DNA of 64,000 bases. Origin: Saccostrea echinata. Lineage: Eukaryota. Below, piece after piece: positions 1-12,434 of the stretch; the stretch's first letter is position 1; every line of letters starts with the position of its first letter. Both the position numbers and the translations under genes were made by a program. Below the pieces are notes generated by a model. That model saw nothing but the letters and a program-made list of their open reading frames with translations, did not search any database and was not told the DNA's origin. The stretch covers positions 62,124,001 to 62,188,000 of the forward strand of contig NW_026889803.1 of NCBI RefSeq assembly GCF_033153115.1, given 5' to 3'.

Positions 1-348
1 ATAATTCAATACCTTCTTGTTAATTATTCTTTAAAAACATTATATTTTTAAATACGCTTTTTATTTCTGTCGATGACGCAATCTGTGCGAACCTGGTAAG
101 AATCGTGATCACGTGACGAAAACAATCCCGTCTTTTGTCAGCACCGTATGCCAAGGGTTTATGAGGAGAGTAGCGTATCAGAAACCTTTGGCTAGCGAAG
201 ATGCATTTACTCATGAATTTATAGGAGACAAGCTGCATGAATTTGTTGATGATTAAAGAATTCTCGTCAAACTGCAAAATGTATATGTGATGTAATACTA
301 AGCCAGTTCCAGTTGGGCCCAAAGTGGTCCTAAACTGAAAAACCCATG

Positions 349-385
349 GTACTCAGGTGACAATTAAGGCCCATGGGCCTCTTTT
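349..385 (+). mobile_element. 3' end of a Helentron/HINE-type non-autonomous element
   Basis: CTCAGGTGAC...AAGGCCCATGGGCCTC-TTTT: subterminal inverted repeat plus GC-rich palindrome, complementary to the TTAGCTCACCT 5' ends at 11702 and 60821. Confidence 0.55.
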
Positions 386-1439
386 TATGATTTAAAGCCT
401 ATTTTAAACAATGATTTCATTTTGTCATGTGTTTGCGTGTATTTTTATAATCAATGATTTGTGAAACAAATTCATACAATGAATAAAATATTTTTTTGAC
501 ATGAAAAAGTTGTTTTATTGTTGTATAACCAAAGATTTCTTATAAGTCCCCTACCGGTGAATTCGCCCGAATTGGATAAGGGTAGTTTATGATTAGAGGA
601 TGTGTTTGTACTCTGAACCATGGTCTTTTAAAAAGAGCGAAGTTCAGAATTGTCTCGATTACAACTGGATGCCACTCAAAGGCATTCGTGATTCATAAAT
701 ACGAGAGAAAAAGATGTAAAAAAAAAAAAAAAAAAATCCTATTGATATTGTGGATCTTGGCAACCTCGATCATATGCTGCCCTAGTGCCGAGTATAAAAT
801 CTTAGGAGCAAGGACAAAACTTATGTTCGACAAATAAAGAGACAGATAGTCATAACCTTCAATACTAGGGACATACATTCACACTAAGCCCTTTGGTTTT
901 AGTATTTTTATTTATTAAACTATTACAGGTATGTCAAATAATGTAACAATGTGACAAAATGTTGACCAAATACTAGTACGGGGGGGGGGGGGGGGGGTCC
1001 TTAGCTCCGCCGCTCATGCCTTAAGTTATATGTATTATAAATTCGAATTATTATTATCCGTATTGAACAGCAATTATTTTGAAACAGTTCGGCGTATTCT
1101 TGGTCTCAACTGAAGTTTATAACCCTGATCAAGTGCGGTTATTCAATTCATACAGAACTTCAATGACTCCTTGCATATGATAAAGACAAATTTTACTTAT
1201 TAGTATTTCGTAGACAGGTTAAATGTTTTACAATTAACAAGCATTGTTTTATAAATCTCTGACAATTGTCAGACAATTGTTTACCTGTATAGCAATTTGC
1301 AAATGAAAGAAATGGCATTTTTGTTACACCTTTGAGATTTATAATGTACATGTTGGTATTTTTAGTTTTAAAAAAAATCATGAGTCATTACATTAAGGAC
1401 TGGCCCACATTAAAAAGTTAAATAAGAATAACTCAGGAA

Positions 1440-1795
1440 ATGTGAATGGTCTCTGCCTCTCCCCAAGTCAGGTGAAGGTCTCTCAGTTCGCCCTCGACTG
1501 TCTTGCGCTAGATGGTTACTGGTCTTCCCCTTGGTCTTTTTCCTGGTGATGTCCATTTTAGGACGACTTTTGGAATTCTTGATCCTTCCATTCTAGGACA
1601 TGTCCTAGTCATCTTAATCTCCTTTGTTTTAACTCATCGATGATACACTATGAGTTTGTCATTTTCAGTAGGTCAACATTCGATATAGCATTTGGCCCAA
1701 AAAAAAAATTAAAGATTTGACGGAGACAGCTGTGGTGGAAACTGGACAAAGATCTCATGTCAGGCTTTGTAACCCTCCAACATTCAATTCCATGT
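1440..1795 (-). mobile_element. Degraded RTE-like LINE, C-terminal RT region
   Basis: Minus-strand translation gives SSFHHSCLRQI...NAISNVDLL...RRLR*LGHVLRMEGSRIPKVVLKWTSPGKRPRGRP...LTWGEAE, the typical RTE-clade C-terminus, with stops. Confidence 0.75.
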
Positions 1796-1973
1796 GTTAA
1801 CCTGGATTAATAATTAAGATTTTGTGAATAAGTCAATCCGGATTGATTAGTTCTGCCCAAAAAGACTCCTGTAGATAGACATGCATATTATGACGTTCAA
1901 TTGTTTGTGACGTCACAATCAATAACTAACACTATATTGTTGCTAAAAGCCAATTTTAGGAAGGAAGACAATC

Positions 1974-3264
1974 ATGATTGTGGCAATGCATCTACTTTTC
2001 TTATCTGTACAGTGGGCTTATGGATTGATTTCCTCTAAAGACAAAGGTACTTTTACATACTTGACACCATAGAACAAAATTTGTTAAATCCAATCATTAA
2101 ACAGTGGTAGATCTATAACAACTTTGACAATCTGTCAAGTAAAGAAGGGAAACTGTAATGGACAAAAAATTAAGTAATTAAAGGAATATGTTTTGGTGCA
2201 AAATAACTAAAACCGAAATTTTATTTTAACTTTTCTTTCATGAAAAATATTTTTAATTAACTGATAAGAAATTAAATGAATGTTATGTTTATTTTCTTTC
2301 TAAAGAACCCAAAACTGATGCAAAACCAAAACCTGTAAAATTCCATGTTCCACCAGCTGCATAAAAAAACTCAGAATAAATAACCACTAGGATTGTAACA
2401 GCATCTGTTAGTAGTGATCTCAGCACGGAAGTATCAGCTACGACAAGTGATAGCCTCATAATAAATAACCAATCAGATTATAACAGCGACTTCAAATAGT
2501 GCGCCGCACAAATAACCTCTCGAGTTGAACCAGCAACTGCCTATATATAGTGATTTCGGCAACTGCCAATAGTGGCCTGAGCATGAGTAACCACTCACAT
2601 TGTATCAGCAACTGCCAATAATGGCCTCAGTACGAATAACCACTCACATCGTATCAGCTACTGCCAATAGTTCAGTACGAATAACCACTCACATCGTATC
2701 AGCTACTGCCAATAATGGTCTAAGCACGAATAACCACCCATATTGGATTCGCTACTGCCGATAGTGGTCTCAATATGAATAACCACTCAGACTGTATCAG
2801 CTACTGCTAATATTGACCTCAGCACGAATAATCACTCGCATCGTATCAGCTACTGCCAATAGTGGCCTCAGCACGAATAACCACTCACACCGTATCAGCA
2901 ACCGCCAATAATGGCCTCAGCACGAATAACCACTCACACCGTATCAGCAACCGCCAATAATGGCCTCAGCACGAATAACCGCTCACACCGTATCAGCAAC
3001 CGCCAATAATGGCCTCAGCACGAATTACCGCTCACATCGTATCAGCAACTGCCAGTAATGGCCTCAGCACGAATGTGTACTCAGACTGTATCAGCTATTG
3101 CCAATATTGACTTCGGCATGAATAGCCAGACTGTACCACCCACTGCAAATATAGCACTTCATACCGGTTCCCTCTTAATATATGACACTTTGTGGACCCT
3201 TTATGTTGCTATTGCATCATTGATACGTCTCATTACGAGATATTGTGAATCATCAGATGTATAG
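1974..3264 (+). pseudogene. Possible disrupted gene for a secreted or membrane Ser/Thr-rich protein
   Basis: Exon 1974-2046 encodes signal-peptide-like MIVAMHLLFLSVQWAYGLISSKDK; phase-1 GT..AG intron to 2306; stop at 2362-2364; then S/T/A/N-rich repeats, a hydrophobic tail (IYDTLWTLYVAIASLIRLIT, ORF 3058-3264) and AATAAA at 3470. Confidence 0.3.
2530..3150 (+). repeat. 49-bp tandem repeat (~12 units)
   Basis: Unit GTATCAGCAACCGCCAATAATGGCCTCAGCACGAATAACCACTCACACC; consecutive units start at 2941 and 2990. Confidence 0.9.
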
Positions 3265-3669
3265 AGCTCCAGAGACAAGAAGACTTTCACCATTCTGTCG
3301 TCATGGTGATGTTGGTAAAGACTGTTTAATGCTGCATCGTCTTGCGAACATTATGCTTATAATTTTTTATCTGTGTTATGATTTTTGTAGAATGGATTTC
3401 TCATAATGAGATAAAGAAAAAAGTTTTCTGTCCAAGTACATTTTTAGTGTTTAGCATGTTGTAGTGCATAATAAAGCAATTTAAATTACATGTATATTGT
3501 TGTTTTTGTGCTTTATTGAATTCTGATTTTTTGAGCGATATTTAATTTTTTGTAATGATTCATCAATGACTTCTTTTGCTAATTAGTATTTACAAAAATA
3601 TAGGAATATATTAATATAATAAGCACATATATACACATGTATGTGATAAACGTTATCACTATAAGCTCG

Positions 3670-6340
3670 TCATAACTGATATACATTCTTCTTCTTTCTC
3701 CTTGCAATCCCGTCAGAGAATCTCTTCAGTAGATTTGTTTTCTTTGAGGGTCTGTTTGTTGTCATGTAACAGGAAGGTACCGACTCGTTCTCCCAATACA
3801 AGTGCCTGTGTACATAGTAAATAAGGCATATCATCCATTACTCTTTAAATTGTGAAAAAATGATCATAATAAAACATTTACCCATGTTGTGTTGCTTTTG
3901 TCATATCCTTGCTTTGGTTGAAAATGAAATATGAACCTTCACACATTCTTACTGGATACCTGGAACAAAATGATTTCATTTTTATTTAAATTTCTCTCTT
4001 AAAAAACAGAAAAACTCGGATATGTGTCATGTAAGTAATCAAACGCTACAAACCCTGAATCAGAAGTTCCTAAGTTCTGCTTGTCATACTTGTCATCTTG
4101 GAGGCTATAGTTAAGTGTGTCGTAGACAAACCTTTCTTCCTCAATTCCCTGCGTCCTGTTATACATTTCGTACTCAGGAATCAGAAATTGATAGAAAATA
4201 TACCCCCATCCCCAATGTAAAGTCTATGAAAGTTTAGAACTAATGCATTGCAGAGATGGAACAAATACAGTATATCTAAATTCTAGTTTTCTTCCTTTTG
4301 TGTCCAATTTCCATTATCGTCATAAAATAACTATATAATCTACCTGGAATATGGAGTGGGGGATTTCATGAGTACAGCTATATCATTTAATTTCTATAAA
4401 ATAATTGATTCTGATTGGATAAAAAATTCTTTTGATAACTGCATCAATAAAATCTGGAGTTCACTTGCACTTAGCAGCCGGAACTACTTTGGCTGACTTT
4501 ACATGTATATTTCCCGCTTCCATATTACTTTGTGAAAGAAAAATGAAATTCTTTTACTCTATTTTCCTGAATTTCAAAATTCGTCCGTTACGTTCCTGAG
4601 TTATTTTCTACTTTCGTTTCTTTTCGAATTATCCCCCTTTGCTAAACAAATCAGATCGTCTGCAAATAAATGCAGTTGCGGGAAAAAAGGAAAGAAGTCA
4701 TCATACGTTTGTTAAATGTTTGTGTTTGAGATAACTGGTATGAACAATAGAACTGTGAAGAAATGTTTTTATGCTACCAAAGCGGGGAAATGCCGTTAGT
4801 CTGTTAATTCTTATAGGAAACGAATGCATGAGAAAAACGACGCTGAGCGAGGACGGATATTCTTTCAAAGTTAAACAGTCGGCAACAGACTCTTCCAGAT
4901 TTTGAAGCATGTTGTTTTATGCCTGGACATGTTGTGATACGTATATATATGTTCGATTTGAAATTCAGATGAAGAGATGCGCAAATGAAACCGAAAATTT
5001 CTGTGACCTAGAAAGAGTTGTTAAGGTTATATTTGAGTAGCTTCCCTTTACATTTACGAACGTAAAGATATCAGCTTACTGGGGGAATATAAACATTGGG
5101 ATATAGCAAAAATTAATACAACAGGTAAGTTTTTGTGTTAAAACTGTTTTTGTTAGAATAATAGTAATGACACGACAATATTTGAAAACGTTGTTTGTTC
5201 GTTATACTCGGCGTCTGAAAATTTAGACAACTAAGCTAGGCCTATATGTTGGACAGTCATTCGATCGTTCTCAAGTTAAATCTCATCATTGAAAGATAAA
5301 TATTAAATGATAAGAAATAAATCTTATAATTTTTTCTTTCATCGATGTATCATAGAAAGCTTATATGTAAATTTCATCAATTCAATGCGCATAGATCTGT
5401 ACATTCAGCCATTTTGAATTTCAGCAACATTGTTGTGATGTATTCCTACGCACTGTCTTCGATACGTAAATTAAATATTAAAGTGAAAGAAAGTTTCATT
5501 CTATTATTCTAAAATCATAATTAAATGATAAGAAATGAAATTAATATTTTTTATCTTTGACCGAAGTATCAAACAAAAATTTGGACGGAAAACGTTTTCA
5601 TCAATGCGCTACGCGCATTGATGACGTTTTCCGTCCAAATTTTTGTTTGATACTTCGGTCAACGAAAAAAATATTGCATTCATTTCTTAATTCATTGTCG
5701 TTATGAGTCTTACTGCTGGGGATCCTAACAGAGTATAACAGTACATTTATCAAATTTCCACAGCATACGAAAGCAGCATTGTGATAGAACAAAGATATCA
5801 TGGTTTAAGTATTATCAAATCAACACTTCTCTACATGCCAGGTTATGCATAATATCAACTTTTTAGTTTTTATATATGTATCTTTTAATTCTTTTTTTTT
5901 TTCATTCTAAATTTGAGCAAATAGAATTGAATTACCCTATTTGTAAAGTCCAAATCTTTCCGGTGCACTTGGTCAATAATATCTAAGGAATAACTAAAGC
6001 TGAATTCTGTTTTTATTATAAAGCTGAATTGTTTTTATTCCGTTTTAAATTTAATGAAGTGAAATTAAAGAGAATATCGTTGTTTCTTATATGTACCTGA
6101 AAGCTGGTGCCAGGAATAGACTGGAAATGTCTTTGGTTCTTTGATGCTTTGACTCTGGATTTCTAATCATCGTAAGCAACAGGTAGAATCATACAACTAG
6201 ATTGCAGTCATTATGAGGATATTCAAGGCATTAATCGCGAGAAGAAACTGGTTAAGAACCATATTTTCTATTTCTTACCTGATGGAAGGTACTGAAACAA
6301 GGCGTGTATCTTTTGAGCTTTGCTTCTGGTGCGACTCCAT
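3670..6340 (-). CDS. Uncharacterised 150-aa protein, 7 coding exons incl. an 11-nt microexon
   Basis: Exons 6340-6279, 6162-6097, 5724-5714, 4377-4344, 4155-4090, 3959-3882, 3805-3670; all GT-AG with consistent phases; 453-nt open frame MESHQKQSSK...RRKKKNVYQL*; minus-strand AATAAA at ~3512-3517; likely 5'UTR exon ending at 7507. No family recognised. Confidence 0.6.
4390..5690. mobile_element. Non-autonomous element (Crypton-like?) ending in a ~160-bp palindrome
   Basis: Starts with TTCTGATTGGAT; near-perfect palindrome 5529-5690 centred on GCGCTACGCGC; AAATGATAAGAAAT repeated at ~5305 and ~5523. Family assignment is from motif recollection only. Confidence 0.45.
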
Positions 6341-6405
6341 CCAAAGTTCCTACATACATATATAAACGGTGTATGTAAATATTCATTTTATTTCAAGCGT
6401 ACTTG

Positions 6406-7087
6406 CAAGGCCGTAACTAGGCTCAAATTTTTAGTGAGGCAAGGTGTCTGTGGCCATCCTAGTCCCAAGCGGGGCCAGGGTAGGTCCCAATGGTGGATCC
6501 CAGTATTTTGCTAAGGGGGAGGGGGAGTTCCCGAAACCTGGGTATTTGCAAATTAAAAACTTAATCTTTAAAAGTTTTAACGTTTTGAATTGTCGCCCGC
6601 GTGGCGCAGTGGTTAGAGCGTTTGATCTAGAGTCTCGGAGTAAGGAGTTCGAATTCCCACTGCGGGATGTAGAGTCCGGTTCTTCGAATGAGACGGTAAA
6701 ACCGGTCCTGTGTCGCAGTAGGTAAAAAAGACTCCACACAGTTCAATGACCCCGAGTGCCGAGTATAGGTCTTACACTTAATTTTACAGACCTCCACCGG
6801 CAAGTGGTGGCGTTTCAACTTGATATGAGTGAAAAATTTTTGGAAGGGACATTAAACAATCAAACAAAACAAACGTTCTGATTTTTTTTTTTAAATCCAT
6901 CAAGTTCTAAACGATAATGAGGCACCTGTCGATATGATCGATTTACCGATATTGAAAAAAAAGTTGAAAGTATTAATTTAGTACTAAGACACACATAATT
7001 AATTAAAGTTCAAAGTAAATTTTTTTCACTTTTCAGAAATTTAGTGAGGCATTTGCCTCACTTGCCTCAAGGGTAGTTACGGCCTTG
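6406..7087. mobile_element. MITE with 14-bp TIRs and 5-bp TSD (hAT5-like), interrupted by a SINE
   Basis: CAAGGCCGTAACTA...TAGTTACGGCCTTG; ACTTG at 6401-6405 and 7088-7092. Confidence 0.8.
6592..6871 (+). mobile_element. tRNA-derived SINE with V-type central domain, full length
   Basis: A box TGGCGCAGTGG, B box GTTCGAATTCC, V-domain-like GAATGAGACGGTAAAACCGGTCCTGTGTC, (AAAC)n-like tail; imperfect 13-bp TSD aacgttttgaatt / aacgttctgattt. Confidence 0.85.
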
Positions 7088-7119
7088 ACTTGAAACCTGA
7101 ATTTCCAGAAAGGAACAAT

Positions 7120-7375
7120 AGTAAGGAGTTGGGTCTTAATGTCGTGAATCCCATGTTGCCTCTTCGGGACATGGAGATTCGTTCTTCGGATGAGACCGTA
7201 AAAACCGAGGTCCTGTGTCGCAATGAATTTAAAGATTCCCTTAATGCTCAATGGCTATAAATACTAAGCACAGGTATAAATATTGGAAGTCTTCCGTCCA
7301 CAACTGGTGGTCTCCCAACATGATATTGACGGAAGGGACGTAAAGTAATTACAAACAAATAACACCCAACAAACC
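7120..7375 (+). mobile_element. Older 5'-truncated V-SINE copy
   Basis: CTTCGGATGAGACCGTAAAAACCGAGGTCCTGTGTCGCA and 3' GAAGGGACGTAAA...ACAAAC, shared with the copies at 6592 and 40855. Confidence 0.75.
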
Positions 7376-7895
7376 AATGTGAAATCACAGGCACTTGAAG
7401 TTACATATTTTTATTTGAAAAAAAAGATCATACCTTATGGGATTGGGTTCTTTTTTTTATATAACAAACAACGTGAATACTGCGTGTGTGTGTGAAATGC
7501 ACTTACAACAAAATTGTTCCAGGAACACAGTATGTTTGAACGATTTCTGTCTTCAGTCTTTATGGAATAGTTGGCATAGTTTTGTTGTTCACAATGTGCA
7601 TATTTTTGCTAAGTCCCCTGGACTGTTGATCAATATTTACCGTGTTTTAGCGTTGAGATGCGCTTTTTTAAAATGACGTTATACTATTCCATGACGTCAC
7701 AGACACATGTATTAATGTCTTTACATCACCAACACGTAACAATTCTGGTCGATAGAATAACTTGTTTGAACTTTCTTTTGTGTGAATGGTGTAATTAGTT
7801 AGAAAAACAAATGAATGTAAATTAAAATATATGCATGCAGAAGAAATCCAATTGAAATGGCGAGTATTTTAGGTACGAGCTATTTAGCGTTTAAA

Positions 7896-10095
7896 ATGGC
7901 GGCGCCCATAAACCACGAGAAAAATGAAAACAAAGTCATTAAAAGTGTTCCAAGACAAACCAATGAGAAGCGATTGATAGTTGTTCTTGAAAAGGCTTCT
8001 TTAGAATCAGTTAAGGTATGTTTTTTTATCAAATTTATACTTCGTAACCAATATTCTATCATCACATTCGAAACAGACGAAAACAGTTCGAATTATCTCT
8101 AAAACTTGGTTTCTATACGTCTCTGGTTTAAAGAAGTATTAAGTTAATACTACCTTAAATCAGAGACGTATAGAAACCAAGTTTTAGAGATAATTAAATA
8201 TTAAAAATCATTTTAAAAGATCCTTTTCAAAAAAAAATTAAGATTGTTTTTTTTTTTTTCAGGTTGGAAAGCAGTTTGAATTGCTAAACTGTGACAAACA
8301 CAAGGGACTGGCAAAGAAGTTCAAACGAGATATTTCTCTCTGTCGGCCAGATATAACCCATCAGGTAAAGATAATTATTTTTAATAAATAACAGTTAGTC
8401 ATGTGTTAGTAGCTTTTGTGTTATTTTTGAGAATTTGTTCATCATAGTGGGAATAAGTTCATCATAATGGTAAAGGTTGAAGATAACTAACGGATGCTCA
8501 ACATGGATTCTGCAAGAATAGATCATGTGAGTCCTAGTTGATCCTGACAGTGCAGAACGTAGCCAAGAATATGGATCTCAGTGACCAGACTCACCTTATA
8601 CTTTTGAATACTTTTAGATACTGCTGTCTGCCACATAATACCCTATAAGCAGAATTTTTAGCGAGGATTTGATTTTGGCATTATTAGCAAGGGTTTTGAG
8701 ATTGCTAAAATTAAACATCGCTAACAATTTATTCCGCATCAGTTGTTAAAGCTATCTTTGTTGACATTGTAGAATGGCTAAAATTACTTCTTGCCGAAAA
8801 TATATACCAGTTTTTGGGGATAAATCGCTAAATTTGCGTCTCGCTAAAAATTCCACTTTTAGGATATACAATTATTACTATTATTATAAGCAGTTAGAAA
8901 GCATTTTTAAAGGCAAGATATGTACACAATATATCCATGGAAAGATACATATGATAAACAAGTTGTATTTGTTCAGTTTTTAATGTAGATTTCTATTTTA
9001 TTGATATTAGTCCTGATTATAGGTATTCATATAATGTTACTGTAATGATGAAATAATGTTTGTCATCATCTGATATTGTATTAGGTTATTTCATTTCCTT
9101 ATTTCCAGTGTCTGTTAATGTTGATGGACAGTCCACTTAACAGAGCAGGACTTCTACAGGTTTATGTCCACACAGAGAAAAATGTTCTAATAGAAATAAA
9201 CCCCCAGACAAGAATTCCCCGAACATTTGACAGATTCTGTGGTCTGATGGGTAAGAAAATCTGAAGTAAAGAACTCAAATATAAATATGTCTCCTGTATC
9301 TATGCATCGAAATAAACATGTTTTGATCAGTGAAGTATACACGTGTCCCCTGCTCTGAAATGATTTCTACAAGATCTATGGTTGCATTTTCTTTTACAGT
9401 ACAACTATTACACAAGTACAGTATACATGCAGCAGATGGGCCTCAAAAGCTATTAAAAGTAAGTAAAGAGATTGAATCTTGTTTCTTCATATACTTTAAA
9501 TGTACATATCTTGTTGATTGAAATCTTTGCCAGCTACAAAACTGTGTGCAGGTTTCTAACAGTAAATATTTCATTCATTTCAAATAGGTGATTAAAAATC
9601 CAGTCAGTGACCATTTGCCACTTGGTTGCAAGAAATATGGGACTTCATTTCATGTTGAAAAAGTCACAGACCCAAAGGATATCGTTCCTGAAAAAGAACC
9701 TGCTGTTGTTGTAATTGGGGCATTATCACATGGCAGTGTAAGTTATATTTATCTTACCCTTGGTCTTTTCTGCAAGCATTTGAGAGATTATCAATAAACT
9801 GTCTCAGTATGAGCGATTAGTAGTCAGACATACAGTAAAATCATGATTAACATGTCATTCCTCATTTATGTTTTGTTCTAAGTAAGTCTTTATTCTTAGG
9901 CCCATATTTTCAGCAAATAATTTAGGTCGCTTTCTTGTAAGATAGATACCCAATTTATTTGATTTTCTTATTGTCAACAAGGTTGATGTTGACTACACAG
10001 AGGACACAATCTCCATTAGCAGTTACCCCCTGTCAGCTGCATTAACCTGTGCCAAGATCTGCTCAGCATTTGAAGAAAAATGGAATGTAATATGA
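7896..10095 (+). CDS. EMG1: Ribosomal RNA small subunit methyltransferase NEP1/EMG1 (228 aa, 6 exons)
   Basis: Exons 7896-8015, 8263-8364, 9109-9250, 9400-9458, 9588-9737, 9982-10095 (687 nt). Motifs [78 protein letters not shown]. An in-frame upstream ATG at 7857 is an alternative start. Confidence 0.96.
8091..8195. repeat. ~105-bp near-perfect palindrome in EMG1 intron 1
   Basis: 8091-8125 is the exact reverse complement of 8161-8195; inner arms pair with 3 mismatches. Confidence 0.9.
8641..8864. mobile_element. Tc1/mariner-type MITE (TA TSD) in EMG1 intron 2
   Basis: TA|CCCTATAAGCAGAATTTTTAGCGAG...CTCGCTAAAAATTCCACTTTTAGGA|TA. Confidence 0.75.
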
Positions 10096-10760
10096 CCTTG
10101 GCTGTCAAGGTCATTTCAACATGCTATCCTGGAGAGTGTTTGTCTTTCAGTTATGTAACAATCATTAATCTTTGGATTTTACCTTGGAGAAAGAAGACCT
10201 TGGCCCATCAATCAGGCTGTCGATAAGCACTCTGTGTACACTGAAAACTTTGTATATTTGGTGCAAGAATGTTAAAACTTTTTCATGCCAGTAACTCCTT
10301 TCTAGCATTTGAACCAGATATTTTCAATGGGATTTTGTAAATATTTTAATCCAAAAGTGTCTAATTTGATTCCCATTCTCTAATCAAATGTACAAGTATG
10401 TCCAATTTTGCAACAAATTGTTGCATAATCTAAAGTAGATGGTAATAAGAAACACCATAACAGAGTTACATAAATATTACATACAGTTACATATTACATG
10501 CAGTTTGGATATATGCAAAGTTGATATCGGCTAATTCTTCAGCAATGATCATAAATCTGTACACCATCACCTGCTGTAACATGTATATGAATATTTCATT
10601 TAAGAAAAATAAATCATACATTATAGACAGATGACATTTATAAGTATGGATATTCCTTGCCAGACTTCACATGTTTTTATTGTCTTTGTTATAAAAACTG
10701 GGTTTTTTTTCGAGTAGGAATGAGTTTTGTTTTTTTTTTTAAATATTTCTATCCTTTTCA

Positions 10761-11403
10761 CACAGGCACTTGTTTCGTATACGGGGCACCCCTACTTATT
10801 TTTACCACAAGGTACCTAACTCAATTTCAGGCACCCCCGCTTCAAGCTCGTATTTTGTTTATATATCAATCATTAACCTACTTTAAAATGACATCGTTCA
10901 CTTCGAAAGACTTTTTTCTTGTCAAATTAATCACTTCGGACATCTCTGGTCGAGACTCTTTATTGTAAACCACTCATTTCTTCCTCGAAAATTATCTCGA
11001 TGCAAAATAAGACTTCGAATGGGATACATAGACTTCCGGTTGGGTTATAAATGAAGGACAAAACCAGAGACCTCGGAAAGGAATACTGGTAAGTCTCTGG
11101 ATTTATCCTACATTTATAACCCAACCGGAAGTCTATGTATCCCATTCGAAGTCTTATTTTGTATTGAGATAATTTTTTAGGAAGAAATGAGTGGTTTACA
11201 ATAAAGAAGCTCGACCAGAGATGTCCGAAACGATTAATTTGACAAGAAAAAAGTCTTTCGAAGCGAACGATGTCATTTTAAAGTAGGTTAATGATTGATA
11301 CATAAACAAAATACGAGCTTGAAGCGGAGGTGCCTGAAATTGAGTTAGGTACCTTGTGGTAAAAATAAGTAGGGGTGCCCTGTATACGAAACAAGTACCT
11401 GTG
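10761..11403. mobile_element. Foldback MITE (~310-bp arms) with 8-bp TSD, hAT/P-like
   Basis: CACAGGCACTTGTTTCGTATAC...GTATACGAAACAAGTACCTGTG; short central loop near 11073-11090; flanks ccttttca / ccttctca. Confidence 0.9.
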
Positions 11404-11699
11404 CCTTCTCATGCCTCTGCTAAATGGTAAGACAGTTGTATCTTTTTTTTTAAAATATGAATTGAATAACACCTGTCATAAATATAAGAAACATATTTAC
11501 TTGTTCAAGATGCACTGCCTCAAAAAACGGAAATTACAACTTGTATGCTCCCTTTTTTTGACCTTTATAGTTTCTTGACTGAACAAGCTTGCTCTGCTTA
11601 TAATCAGGGAAAGGTTTTCTTCTGGACAGTTTTCAATACTGGAAGTGTGAAAATAACATGACAATTTCAGGTCTCGTTTACCTTTTTTAGAATATTCAA

Positions 11700-12434
11700 T
11701 TTAGCTCACCTTGACGAAGTTAAAGTTTTTGGAGCAAGTCCATTCCCAGGTAACTATAAGCCCTACCTGGACCAAACTTGCATGGATGATGCATCAAGGG
11801 ATGAACATTTCCATACTTGCTTTGGATGCTGGATCTGACCTACATTTTCTAGATGAGTGACCAGGTTAAAGTTTTTGGAGCAGGTCCGTTCCCAAGTAAT
11901 TATAAGCCCCACCTGGACCAAACTTGCATGGATGATGCATCTAGGGATGGACACTACCAGACATGCTTTGGATGCTGGATCTGATCTACATTTTCCAGAT
12001 GAATGAATTTTAGCCATACTTTAACAAAATTAGCATGGATGGTGTATCTAGGGATGGACACTTCAAGACTTGCTTTGGATGCTGAATTTGACCTATATTT
12101 TCCAGATGAGTGAACAGGATAATTTTTTTGGAGTAGCTCTATAATTATATGACCTGTTATGACTAAGCTTGCATGGATAATGCTTCTAAGGATGGACACT
12201 TACAAGCTTGCTTCGAATGTTGGAACTGACCTACATTTTCTTGATTAGTGAACAGGTAAAAGTTTTTGGAGCAGGTCCATTTCTAATTAACTATAAGTCC
12301 TACTTAAACCAAACTTGCATGGATATTAATCTTGGGATACACACTAACTAGGAAAAATATGATGTGAGATTTGCTAAGTACTGAAAGATATCATTCGTCG
12401 ACGTGAGCTTCGTAATCTTTGATTACCTATGTTT
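11700..12434 (+). mobile_element. Helentron/HINE-like element with ~147-bp internal satellite units
   Basis: 5' TTAGCTCACC; AAAGTTTTTGGAGC units at 11722, 11868, ~12120 and ~12258; 3' GTGAGC plus hairpin GTAATCTTTGATTAC then T-rich. Confidence 0.75.

Noticed and set aside
8505-8640. H/ACA scaRNA in EMG1 intron 2 (hairpin with UGAG loop; AAGAAUAGAU could pair with U2)
   Set aside because: H-box spacing is wrong, the second pocket strand does not match U2 and the second hairpin is weak; an Infernal/snoReport search would be needed.
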